A DNA stretch of 32,000 nt from Ruminococcus albus 7 = DSM 20455 (GTDB lineage: Bacteria; Bacillota; Clostridia; Oscillospirales; Ruminococcaceae): positions 210,001-242,000 of the forward strand of contig NC_014824.1 in the NCBI RefSeq assembly GCF_000179635.2, in the 5' to 3' direction. Positions 14,866-24,002 of this stretch are shown here, one piece after another. The notes beneath the pieces were generated by a model. The model did no database searches. It had not been told where the DNA came from and worked only from the letters and a program-made list of their open reading frames with translations. Position 1 is the stretch's first letter. Each line of letters opens with the position of its first letter. Both the position numbers and the translations under genes were made by a program.

Positions 14866-16152
14866 TTATTTAGCCGTTTTGATTCCTTTCTGTATCTCAT
14901 TGGCACGTTCTTCACTTATACCGCATTTTTCTGCATAGCTGAGCCATTTACCTACAACAACTTCAGTCTCGGATAATACCTTACGGCAGAACCCTTGTGA
15001 CAGCCCCATAGACTTTCCACTTGCTACAAGATCTTCTGCTGTTATTCCCGAGGTTTTTCCGTTTACTGACATCTGATGTTTTGATATCCATTTGTTATCG
15101 GGATTATAAGCGAATGTTAGATCGTATGCCGGAGAAAGCGCCCATTTGCCTTTACGATCCATCAAAAATGAGAAGTTCTTGACGTGGTCATCACAGTTTC
15201 CACCAAACACTGCAAACACTATACGTCTGAGGATCTGCTCTATCCCGCTTTTGCCAATACCAAGTCTCTTTGCAAGATCGGCATATAATTCATAACTGCA
15301 AATATTCGGTGTGTTATAATCAAAATGTCCCAACGCTGCAAGAGTCTGCATATGTATTTTGTCACCATTTGCACGATCAAAACGTTTTGTCATGAAATGA
15401 TGTAATCCGTCCTTTTTATATATACGACACTCGTTCATGTCGATCCCCAGATCTTTTGCCATAAGATAATAAGCGTATTCGATAAGTGAATATTGTTTTT
15501 TATCGGCTAAATTGTGGTCGCCGTTGCCAGATACTCCATCAAACTTGATAAGCCAGTAGTCAAAACCTTTCCCCGTTTCTATCTGTCCTGATCTGACTTC
15601 GCCGGTATCTTCATTCCACGCAATTATAGCTTTTGCTCTTGCACCGCCTGCCGAAGAACCTATCTCCATCAGCTGCATTATGCTTGCATCCTTGTCTGAC
15701 AAAACAGCACTCTCTTTACCTGACAGTATCTCAGATGCAAGTTGAGTCATCTCTGTTACATCGACGTTGCTGTTTAGAATTTCGGGACCTGCTGCAGGGA
15801 CATACTCAAGTGCGCCCATTCCGCGTTTTCCGGTGTAACACAGTCTCTCTATTGCTGTAAACGATTCGGGAGAACGACCCTGACCTGCAAGCCATTTGTT
15901 TATAACCGCATTACCAAATTTATCAGGCAAGGAGTCGGCAAATAATCCCGGGATTCCATGAAATGCCTCTATACGACTGAGTTCGGGGAAGGAGTATATT
16001 CGATCAGATAAAGGCATTCTGAACGGAGACAGTTCTATCCCACTGTTAAGGAACTTTCTATCGTATTCAAAACTCGCAGCAACATCATTTTCGCCTTGAT
16101 GAATGTATCCTATACGAGTTCCCCAGAGAAATACTTCTGCGGTAGTTATCAT
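14866..16152 (-). CDS. hipA: HipA-family serine/threonine kinase toxin (type II TA)
   Basis: The 428-aa ORF has an N-terminal coupling domain and a C-terminal DDHVKNFSFLM...LSPAYDL kinase core. It overlaps the upstream HTH gene by 4 nt. Confidence 0.9.
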   Translation of the reverse strand: MITTAEVFLWGTRIGYIHQGENDVAASFEYDRKFLNSGIELSPFRMPLSDRIYSFPELSRIEAFHGIPGLFADSLPDKFGNAVINKWLAGQGRSPESFTAIERLCYTGKRGMGALEYVPAAGPEILNSNVDVTEMTQLASEILSGKESAVLSDKDASIMQLMEIGSSAGGARAKAIIAWNEDTGEVRSGQIETGKGFDYWLIKFDGVSGNGDHNLADKKQYSLIEYAYYLMAKDLGIDMNECRIYKKDGLHHFMTKRFDRANGDKIHMQTLAALGHFDYNTPNICSYELYADLAKRLGIGKSGIEQILRRIVFAVFGGNCDDHVKNFSFLMDRKGKWALSPAYDLTFAYNPDNKWISKHQMSVNGKTSGITAEDLVASGKSMGLSQGFCRKVLSETEVVVGKWLSYAEKCGISEERANEIQKGIKTAK

Positions 16153-16487
16153 TCTTCATCGCCCCATTTCCAGTTATTATCGGTCTTTTTTCGTTTGCTT
16201 GCACGCTGTTTCGGAGCTTTGTTTTCTGCATAGTGTGAAGGTCGCTCCAGCGGATCCGGTATCAGTATATCTAGTTTTTCTTCAAGATCAAGTGCTTTAA
16301 AAAGTTTGATCAGTTTTAGAAGTCCTATATCATTACCGCTCTCAAAACGAGCTATTGTTCCAACTGAAACCATTGATTTTTCTGAAAGCTCTGATCTTGT
16401 CATTGGATAATCGATCCTGTACTGCTTGAATCTTTCTGATAATTCCTTAAATATAGCTTTGTCTTGTAATTCTCTGTTTATCTTCAT
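16149..16487 (-). CDS. hipB: XRE-family HTH antitoxin (HipB-like)
   Basis: An HTH is present (MTRSELSEKSMVSVGTIARFESG). It overlaps hipA at ATGA. Confidence 0.85.
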   Translation of the reverse strand: MKINRELQDKAIFKELSERFKQYRIDYPMTRSELSEKSMVSVGTIARFESGNDIGLLKLIKLFKALDLEEKLDILIPDPLERPSHYAENKAPKQRASKRKKTDNNWKWGDEE

Positions 16488-16523
16488 TAAGAACGCTCCT
16501 CGTAGTCTGTATTACTGGTATAT

Positions 16524-16552
16524 ATTATATCACATCTCAAATTAAAATGCAA
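16524..16552 (-). promoter_or_regulatory. hipBA promoter
   Basis: The minus strand reads TTGCAT-17 nt-TATAAT preceded by TGA. Confidence 0.65.
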
Positions 16553-16734
16553 TATATTGATTGTTAAAAATCACATTTACGCATAAAGTATAATATATTG
16601 TATTTTAAATAGTTTGAATAATCAAAATTAGTATTCTCAGTTATGATAAACGTTCTCTTCAGCAGAAAATAGATGAATGGAAATTGCTTTGATACTTTCA
16701 CGACTATTTTAGCTTGAAATCCATTTATCAGTGA

Positions 16735-16750
16735 GTGTCACGCGTGACAC
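16735..16750. repeat. palindrome family, copy 5 (perfect 16-bp core)
   Basis: GTGTCACGCGTGACAC lies between the AAA-ATPase terminator hairpin and the hipBA promoter. Confidence 0.9.
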
Positions 16751-16788
16751 AAGACAAATACCGAACCCGTAATCGTTAATATAGTGCA

Positions 16789-16828
16789 CTGACATCCTCC
16801 CTCGGTTTTAACCGTGGGAGGATGTCAG
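16789..16828 (-). terminator. strong hairpin downstream of the AAA ATPase gene
   Basis: The stem CTGACATCCTCCC...GGGAGGATGTCAG is 13 bp. There is no clear U-run. Confidence 0.55.
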
Positions 16829-16831
16829 AGT

Positions 16832-18025
16832 TCATTTATCAAGCAACCAATCAAGAACATACTTCTGTCTGATCCCATTATATGATACAGGCGGATCGTT
16901 ATCCATAGTCAGAAGTATCTTTGTATTATGGTCATTAATGTTTTGCAGCGGTGTGAGTTCTCTTTCAAGAGTCTTTTCATCACGAACAGTCCATGATACC
17001 TGATAATACTCGGTGTTTCCATCATAGTCAACAGCCACGAAATCAACTTCCGTATTGCCGTTTTTTCCTATATATACTTCATAACCTCTGCGAATAAGCT
17101 CCAGGTATACCACGTTTTCCAGAATATGCCCGTTATCTGCATTATTGGTACCGAGAAGATAATATCTTAGTCCAACATCAGCAGCATAGTATTTATCCAG
17201 CAGTTTCAGGTATTCCTTCCCCTTGATGTCATATCTTCCGACACGGTACATAAGGAGACTATCGGTAAGACCTTCAAGATAGTTTTCTACAGTATGATTG
17301 GATATTTTTCTTCCCGCACTTGTCATTGAATCGGCTATCTTCTTTGAAGAACATGGGCTTCCGATATTATCGAACAGGTATTTTATAACGCTTTTCAGCA
17401 TCAGCGGATCCTGTATTTTCTTTCTGGTGACAATATCGTTCAGAACAATGGTATTATATAAACCGTCAAGATATGTTCTTATGTTCCTCCTGTCATGGAG
17501 TTCGGTTGTATAAGGAAAGGAACTGTTGTACACGTAATTCCTGTAAAGTTCCTCTTTGCTTATTCCCTCAAACACACTTGCGTACTCCTTAAATGACAGA
17601 GGGAGCATTTTAAGTTCAACATACCTGCCTGATAACAGCGTTGCAAGCTCACCCGACATAAAATAGGCATTTGAACCTGTTATATAGACGTCTGTGTTCT
17701 TTTTTACGAACAGGCTGTCTACAGCTCTTTGATAATCAGCAACACACTGAATCTCATCCAGAAAGATATAATTCGTTTTATCAGGAAGCATACGGGATGT
17801 TATATAGCTGTACATTTTATGCCAGTCGTGGAGTTCTTCATTTTCGGCTTCTTCAAAATTGATAGATATTATCTGGTCATCACTAACGCCTTGTTTTCCG
17901 AGCTGTTCTCGGAAAAGCTCAAACAGCGTGGATTTTCCACATCTTCTGATGCCGGTAATAACTTTTATTATTTGTTTATCCTTCCAATCGTTCAGAAATC
18001 TGAGATATTCAGGACGATCTATCAT
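16832..18025 (-). CDS. AAA-family ATPase (AAA_14/DUF4143-type)
   Basis: Walker A reads GIRRCGKSTL and the architecture is typical. I prefer the ATG at 18025 (AAGGAG RBS) to the track start at 18142. Confidence 0.85.
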   Translation of the reverse strand: MIDRPEYLRFLNDWKDKQIIKVITGIRRCGKSTLFELFREQLGKQGVSDDQIISINFEEAENEELHDWHKMYSYITSRMLPDKTNYIFLDEIQCVADYQRAVDSLFVKKNTDVYITGSNAYFMSGELATLLSGRYVELKMLPLSFKEYASVFEGISKEELYRNYVYNSSFPYTTELHDRRNIRTYLDGLYNTIVLNDIVTRKKIQDPLMLKSVIKYLFDNIGSPCSSKKIADSMTSAGRKISNHTVENYLEGLTDSLLMYRVGRYDIKGKEYLKLLDKYYAADVGLRYYLLGTNNADNGHILENVVYLELIRRGYEVYIGKNGNTEVDFVAVDYDGNTEYYQVSWTVRDEKTLERELTPLQNINDHNTKILLTMDNDPPVSYNGIRQKYVLDWLLDK

Positions 18026-18215
18026 AGTAATCAACTCCTTCTGCCATGTATTATATGGATTTCTGGAATTATTATACCATGTCCGTTTTAAAAAGTCAAT
18101 AGTTGGAAATGTATTTCCAACTATACTAGAAAATGCGAACAATTGGAAATCTATTTATCCTCTTTAAGCAAGAAGAGGGGCTGCAACAGCCCCTTTGGTA
18201 TTTAGGGTAAGTTGA

Positions 18216-18244
18216 TTGACTATTAGTTCTCAGTGTGATATAAT
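18216..18244 (+). promoter_or_regulatory. near-consensus promoter reading through the IS remnant
   Basis: TTGACT-17 nt-TATAAT preceded by TGA. Confidence 0.65.
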
Positions 18245-18268
18245 AAATTAATCTTTCATTTAGAATTA

Positions 18269-18300
18269 TGGTTATCCCCTTAACACACCACAAGTAAGAT
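18269..18300 (+). repeat. putative IS terminal sequence adjacent to the transposase remnant
   Basis: TGGTTATCCCCTTAACACACCACAA lies immediately after the stop of the transposase fragment. It repeats 9311-9335. Confidence 0.6.
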
Positions 18301-18506
18301 CACTGCACCAAAGCAGCCAAGAGCCTTAAATACGCACTGTTTCCCAGCTTACGACGGTTGAATTTGTAACAGTATTCGGCAGCATATAACGCTGTGTGGA
18401 TCTTTTCGTTTCTAATGATTATGGAATGCCACATATAAAGTTTAAAGACTGGATTAAGCAAAAAGCTACATATAGTAAACCTGATTCTTCTGGCAGTAAT
18501 GGGCAT
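18300..18506 (-). pseudogene. C-terminal fragment of an IS1595-family-like transposase
   Basis: The 68-aa ORF ends ...HTALYAAEYCYKFNRRKLG.... This resembles the Y..EF.FR.NRR tail of ISXO2-like transposases. The catalytic domain is missing. Confidence 0.55.
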
Positions 18507-18526
18507 ATCTTTTAGGAGGAATAATA

Positions 18527-18673
18527 ATGGATATTAATGAGTTTGCTTATAGTTGGAGATTTACAGAAGATGATAGAGCTCTTTTTTCAGAATCTGCTGT
18601 CTCAAATAGCAATTTCTATGATGACTTTAAAAAATGGCAGCGTGAAAGCTGGAGAGAGATTTTTGGAAACTAA
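18527..18673 (+). CDS. hypothetical 48-aa protein
   Basis: This ORF is below the track length cutoff. An AGGAGGA RBS lies about 7 nt upstream of the ATG. Its stop is 2 nt before the ATG of the next gene. My hand translation gives MDINEFAYSWRFTEDDRALF... Confidence 0.55.
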   Translation: MDINEFAYSWRFTEDDRALFSESAVSNSNFYDDFKKWQRESWREIFGN

Positions 18674-18675
18674 AA

Positions 18676-19107
18676 ATGAAATATCATAAAAATAAACAGC
18701 AAATAATAAATTATGCCTTTTCGAGTGTAAATTATCAAGCCATCATTAATATGGCAAAAACACTTGACGTCAATGCAAATCTTAACATTTTTGCAAATAA
18801 GATCTTGTGCAACAACGATACCATTAAATGGTGCATGGAGTATTATTTGGAAATTAAACATGAGGGTGAATGGGCGAGCGTTTCTGTACAGAAAAAAGTT
18901 TCCGATGCTTCATTACTTAATACTTTAAAAGCCATTCATCAAATGGAACCTGAAGAAATGGATATAGAAATTATCTGTGAAAAAGGTCTATACTATTGCT
19001 GTTTTAAAATTGAGATTATTTATTATGAAAATGTTGCAATCGTATTATGCGACAACACTATACCCAAAAAGGAGATTAATCGTCTTTGCTCGGAATGCTT
19101 TGATTAG
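18676..19107 (+). CDS. hypothetical 143-aa protein
   Basis: ORF-track ORF, apparently translationally coupled to the 48-aa ORF. Confidence 0.65.
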   Translation: MKYHKNKQQIINYAFSSVNYQAIINMAKTLDVNANLNIFANKILCNNDTIKWCMEYYLEIKHEGEWASVSVQKKVSDASLLNTLKAIHQMEPEEMDIEIICEKGLYYCCFKIEIIYYENVAIVLCDNTIPKKEINRLCSECFD

Positions 19108-19486
19108 TGCATCTCACGAAAAAATGTGAGAGGATAATATATAATTTGACGGCACATACTTTGTTAAAGCGGATGATATTTTCATAGGTTTTGAGATTAT
19201 AGACAATAACAGCTATCCTCTTGTTGATGAACAGATATCCCGTGAGAATCTGCATAATGCTGGCTTTGAATACAAAACAAAAACAGTTATTAGATCAAAT
19301 TCAGAAAATAATAAATAGTTTAGTTCGGTACTCTGCTAATGAATAATTCTATTATAATAGGAAATCACTTCTCCGAGCCGTGGATAAGAACCGCTAAGGA
19401 CTTTATTTGGCATACAAACAAACTAACAAAGGAGAATGCCGAATGAACACTCAGATAAATAATAATCAAGTAGGAGGGATACGACT

Positions 19487-20896
19487 ATGCTTACATGCAA
19501 ATATAACGGCAAAGAGATGTATTACAGTGACTTTATTGAAGATGCTGTCAGTGAAAAAGAAATAGCCGACAAAAAACTGCTTTTGAGAAAGCTGAGCGAT
19601 AATCATGAACTTCATTGTAAAGGGTGCGGAGATGAAGTAAGACTTGTAGATACCGAAAAAAAAAGAAAACATTTCCGACATTTGAAAAATTCAGAATGTA
19701 CCTATAATAAGTTTGCAAAAGAACATAAATTCTCCGAAGATATCAAACAAAAATTCTATGATGAAATAAATAAAACTATCCCCGGACAGTCAGTTATTAT
19801 GGATAAGCGTCTTGAAGACGGAACATGGGTCGATATAGCATTTGTTTTTGATAACAAAACTATCATCGCTTTGAATTTTATAAAAAGATCTTTCAATGAG
19901 ACTAAAATGAATGATCAGCATGAGAAATTCAAAGAAATGGGTATTGTTGACCTATGGGTGATCGTCGGGGAGCCTTCTATACGTAATGATTATGATGAAA
20001 TGTTCACAAAAGATGCATTACTGCTGAGGGACGATTGGCAAAACATGGATCTATATGTTTCCGAAATCGATAGTGAACTGACAGTAAAATTCAAAACTAC
20101 CACCCAGCTTAGAACATATAAAAGATTTCATTCTGAATCCATGCCGATATCCGCTTTTTCAGTAAATGAGTCAGGAAAAATTCCTTATATAGAAAAAATA
20201 ATTGAGCAAAAAAATTCAGAGATTGAAAAAGATAACGGGCTCTATAATGAAGAAAAAAGAAGAAAACAGGAAGAACAAGAGCGTAAAATGCTTGCTGAAG
20301 CAGAACAGAAGAGAAAGCTATTGGAAAAACAAAAAGAACTTCAGCAAGAATTAGCTAAAAGAAAAGAAGTAGAGCAGCATAGAAAAGTTGATAAAAATAT
20401 CGAGATTCATCAGCGTACAGGATTGTTTTTAGGTTCTGAAAACGAGTGGATCCCCCTGGAAAAAATAACGATGCCCAAAACATCAATACAACTTATGCCT
20501 TTTTCAAAAGATAAGTTTGAAGAAAAACTAACTAAGGCATTCAACGGATACGCTGCACCGATCAAGGAGCTTATGCTCAAGCTTCACCAGGGTTCAAAAG
20601 AGGAAAAGGTTATCTTTCTGGAGTTGATGAGGACTTACAGAGAGCTCCCGAAAGATGATGAAAGACTCAGGATACTTGTCCACATATTCAATCAAAGCGG
20701 TCTGTCAGAATACATCAAAAAACAATTCACAGATACATACGGTCCTAAACTAAGAAATGTACTTCTTCGCAATAATGTAGATATCGACGAAGAACAATTT
20801 CAAAGGTTTATGATAAATAACAAAAACTGGATAAAGAAAGATTATATAGAAGGTAGAGATGATCACATCCTGGTCGCAAAATATAAAAAGAGCTAA
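19487..20896 (+). CDS. CoiA-like domain protein with a Lys/Glu-rich coiled coil
   Basis: The N-terminus has the CoiA-type pattern HCKGCGDEVRLVDTEKKRKHFRHLKNSEC. A DIAFVF...IIALNFIKRS block matches the position of the nuclease core but has N where the family usually has E. An AGGAGGG RBS is present. Confidence 0.7.
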   Translation: MLTCKYNGKEMYYSDFIEDAVSEKEIADKKLLLRKLSDNHELHCKGCGDEVRLVDTEKKRKHFRHLKNSECTYNKFAKEHKFSEDIKQKFYDEINKTIPGQSVIMDKRLEDGTWVDIAFVFDNKTIIALNFIKRSFNETKMNDQHEKFKEMGIVDLWVIVGEPSIRNDYDEMFTKDALLLRDDWQNMDLYVSEIDSELTVKFKTTTQLRTYKRFHSESMPISAFSVNESGKIPYIEKIIEQKNSEIEKDNGLYNEEKRRKQEEQERKMLAEAEQKRKLLEKQKELQQELAKRKEVEQHRKVDKNIEIHQRTGLFLGSENEWIPLEKITMPKTSIQLMPFSKDKFEEKLTKAFNGYAAPIKELMLKLHQGSKEEKVIFLELMRTYRELPKDDERLRILVHIFNQSGLSEYIKKQFTDTYGPKLRNVLLRNNVDIDEEQFQRFMINNKNWIKKDYIEGRDDHILVAKYKKS

Positions 20897-21000
20897 AAAG
20901 TTTTCATTTTGGGTTTTTTAAATCTCCGGATTTTATGATATAATATATATAGTAATAAAAGTCTGATTCGATATTATTTATAAAAACAGGGGGAATTTTT

Positions 21001-22326
21001 ATGGCAATAGATACTAAAGAAATTGTAACGACCATCGCATACTTGATTGGGGTAAAAAAATCAGCTCTTGAATTAAGCTTCCGGGAGGAATGTTCCGAAA
21101 AACTTGATTTCCTTTATAACAACAAAGAAGCGAATATAATAAGATACTTAAGCAAACTCAGATCAACTCTGTTTCAGAATTTTAAGAGAACAGACGACGC
21201 GATGGTGTATGGCTTAAAAAACCTGACGTCTCTTGAATGGTATGATAACAGCGAGATCGAGCAATTAAATAAATGGGGAATACAAATAGTAAAAGCAAAT
21301 TACCGCTCTGAAAAATACATTCTGGATTTCACTAAACTTATCAATGATAATATAGATAATTGTAAAGGTCTTTTCTATGATTGGATAAACTGGGACTATA
21401 TCAAAAAATTATTTGTAGTACCAAGATATAATAAGCCGAACGTAATGCGGGATGAATTTACGAAATATATGGCTAATATTGAATATTATCCTTTCCAGAA
21501 ATATATCTACTGGGAACCTCAGGATTGCGGCGGGATCCTTTACTCGGATAAAAAGTTTCTGAATTTCATATATGAAATGAATGGAGACGTATTTACCGAC
21601 CCGACAAAATACAGGGACGCTGATGATGATACCAGAAATAACATTTATAATTTCATTGATGATTCTGAAAAGACCACTATTGCAGTAGATTGTGAAAATT
21701 CCGATCCTTTTAAGCTATACAGCGTATTAAAAGGACTTGAACCTGATGAATTGGAAAAAATAGAAAAAATAACTCTTTATGACGATCCGCATACAACAAC
21801 GGGCTGGGACTGGCTTTCTAAATTTATCAAGATCCCTGTCGAGCATATAGAAATAGATAGAATAACAGACAGAAAGAGTCTTGTAGATATAAGAATGACT
21901 GCCTGTATAGTAAAGGATTTCTACAACAACAATATAACCTCTTTTATTTTAGTATCAAGCGATTCGGATTTCTACGGTCTTATTGAAAGTCTTCCCGAAG
22001 CGAATTTTCTTGTAATGTATGAGTATGACAAGTGTGGCTTTGCTATAAAAGATGCTCTTACTCAGCACGGGATCTATTATTGTGCGATAGACGATTTTTG
22101 TTCTGCAGCAACGGAAGATTTAAAGCGTTCTGTTTTGTTTTCTGAATTGGAAACCCACTTCCCTACCCTGCTGGACGAAGAACCAATGGAACTAACGAAG
22201 AAGATCTATGAAGAAACAAGAATTACTGCTACGAAAAAAGAAATGGAAAACTTCTGTACAAGATACGTGAAGACATTAAAGCTGAAGATCGTTGATGGAA
22301 AATTCGAAATTGAAATACAAAAATAA
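21001..22326 (+). CDS. NYN (LabA/PIN-like) domain protein
   Basis: TIAVDCENSD and FILVSSDSDFYGLI fit the D.EN and S.DSDF signatures of NYN domains. It has its own TGATATAAT -10 at 20936-20944 and a GGGGGA RBS. Confidence 0.7.
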   Translation: MAIDTKEIVTTIAYLIGVKKSALELSFREECSEKLDFLYNNKEANIIRYLSKLRSTLFQNFKRTDDAMVYGLKNLTSLEWYDNSEIEQLNKWGIQIVKANYRSEKYILDFTKLINDNIDNCKGLFYDWINWDYIKKLFVVPRYNKPNVMRDEFTKYMANIEYYPFQKYIYWEPQDCGGILYSDKKFLNFIYEMNGDVFTDPTKYRDADDDTRNNIYNFIDDSEKTTIAVDCENSDPFKLYSVLKGLEPDELEKIEKITLYDDPHTTTGWDWLSKFIKIPVEHIEIDRITDRKSLVDIRMTACIVKDFYNNNITSFILVSSDSDFYGLIESLPEANFLVMYEYDKCGFAIKDALTQHGIYYCAIDDFCSAATEDLKRSVLFSELETHFPTLLDEEPMELTKKIYEETRITATKKEMENFCTRYVKTLKLKIVDGKFEIEIQK

Positions 22327-22384
22327 TTATTAAGCAGATTTATTTTATTGTTGATAATAGTCAAATATATTCAAGAGAATATTT

Positions 22385-22426
22385 GGGAGTTGTCTTAGAA
22401 AAAGAGACGACTCCCCTTTTGTTTTT
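22385..22426 (+). terminator. intrinsic terminator
   Basis: GGGAGTTGTCT-loop-AGACGACTCCC is followed by CTTTTGTTTTT. Confidence 0.85.
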
Positions 22427-22439
22427 CCAAATAAAACGT

Positions 22440-22467
22440 TTGACAAAATTTTTCTGTATGGTATAAT
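22440..22467 (+). promoter_or_regulatory. promoter upstream of the lipoprotein gene (about 200-nt AT-rich leader)
   Basis: TTGACA-16 nt-TATAAT preceded by TGG. Confidence 0.7.
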
Positions 22468-22672
22468 ATAAAAAAGCAAAAAAAAAATTTTTTATATAGT
22501 TTATTTCATCGAAAAAACACTTTTTAACTATACAGAATTTTTTATATCCTTCAAAATATTATATAATATATATAGAAACAAAAATTTTCTGAATGATTTA
22601 AAAGAAAAAAAATCATCCATTCAGAAAATAATCCCAAATTACAACTATATAAAAAATACGGAGGTAACAACT

Positions 22673-23839
22673 ATGAAAACTAATAAGATAATATGCGCGA
22701 TAGCATGTGCGATGATTATAATGATGACCGCCTGCGGAAATACTGAAGTTAAGGATGCTGATAATATCAGCGATTCTTCGACAGAAATTACTGCTGTAGA
22801 AAAGGAAGATGAGAATGAAGTAGTAACAGATACTATGGATTCTTCTGCCTGTGAGGATGATTCTTCCCGTATAGATGATAATAGTTCTTCAAGGCCTGAT
22901 GACAGCTCCAAGACAGACAGTAGTTCCAAGAATGAAAGCAGTTCTAAGAAGGACAAGAGCTCCTCTAAGGCTGCAAACAAGAAGTCTGATTCCTCTTCCA
23001 AGTCAAGCTCTAAGAGCTCAAATAAGTCTTCCGGGAATTCTAATTCCTCCGGCGGAAACGGTAATGCTAATACTTCTCAGAAGAATAATTCAGGAGGAAA
23101 TAACAGTAATTCAGGAAGCACTAATAATAACGGAAATACAGGCAATTCCAATAATACTCAGCCTGTACAGAACGATACTCAGCCAGTTGTAAATTATAAT
23201 CCTGAACCTGCTACCACTCCCCCGCCCCAGACTGTTTCAGATCCTACACCTCAGCCTGAACCTGTTCAGCTTACTGAAGACGGATATGACCCCAGAGAAT
23301 ATGCAAGACTAAGAGGCGGAGCTCTGGTTCATACAAATAAGCCTTATGATGGCTTTGCAAATGATATCCATTATTATCTCAGTTGGGTAAATGATCTTAG
23401 TGATGTAGAACTTGCTTACTTCAACTTTGATATGGGATGCATGACAGATAGAGATTGGCAGATAATTTGTGATGACTGCTGGAACTATATACATGAACGA
23501 TATAAGGATTATCCAAATATCAAAATTGAAAACACAGATGAATTTTATGTGGTGTTTGATGAAAATGGAAACTGTTTAGATTGGAAGGGCGGATTTGGAT
23601 ATGGAGTAGGAGGACGTAGTTTCTATCATAATGATAAAGGCGAAGTTTGCGTAGATGAAAATAATATTCCTTGGTATTATGAGGATTTTTTAGATTTACG
23701 AAATCAATTTTACGAGGAAATAAAAGATGTAATAGACTCTTTTCACTTTACCAAAGACGATACTTTTACGCTTCGTATTCATTTAAATTATTATTATAAC
23801 GGACTCGGTGATTATAACGTATTTGTTTGTCAGGTTTAA
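22673..23839 (+). CDS. lipoprotein with a long Ser/Asn/Asp-rich low-complexity linker
   Basis: The signal peptide with lipobox reads MKTNKIICAIACAMIIMMTAC. A GGAGGT RBS is present. The C-terminal globular domain is unrecognised. Confidence 0.85.
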   Translation: MKTNKIICAIACAMIIMMTACGNTEVKDADNISDSSTEITAVEKEDENEVVTDTMDSSACEDDSSRIDDNSSSRPDDSSKTDSSSKNESSSKKDKSSSKAANKKSDSSSKSSSKSSNKSSGNSNSSGGNGNANTSQKNNSGGNNSNSGSTNNNGNTGNSNNTQPVQNDTQPVVNYNPEPATTPPPQTVSDPTPQPEPVQLTEDGYDPREYARLRGGALVHTNKPYDGFANDIHYYLSWVNDLSDVELAYFNFDMGCMTDRDWQIICDDCWNYIHERYKDYPNIKIENTDEFYVVFDENGNCLDWKGGFGYGVGGRSFYHNDKGEVCVDENNIPWYYEDFLDLRNQFYEEIKDVIDSFHFTKDDTFTLRIHLNYYYNGLGDYNVFVCQV

Positions 23840-23852
23840 TAAACATTTTAAA

Positions 23853-23880
23853 CAGAGGAAGATTTCTCCTCTGTTTTTTT
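23853..23880 (+). terminator. intrinsic terminator
   Basis: CAGAGGA...TCCTCTG is followed by TTTTTTT. Confidence 0.85.
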
Positions 23881-24002
23881 ATTATAAAAAATTATTTTTA
23901 AAAAAACCCCTTTTTTTATTTTTAGTAATTTTCGTATATAATAAAGTCAGATGTTTTCAAGAGGGAAAACATAATCTTTAAATTACATAAAAAAAAGAAA
24001 GG

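Noticed and set aside
19145-19318. 57-codon open frame (FDGTYFVKADDIFIGFEIIDNN...) downstream of the 143-aa gene
   Set aside because: It has no in-frame ATG, GTG or TTG and no RBS. It may be the tail of a decayed gene, but I cannot support a call.
19443-19565. 40-aa ORF with a good AAAGGAG RBS overlapping the start of the CoiA-like gene in another frame
   Set aside because: The product is unremarkable and conservation cannot be assessed. It could be a regulatory upstream ORF, but the evidence is insufficient for a CDS call.
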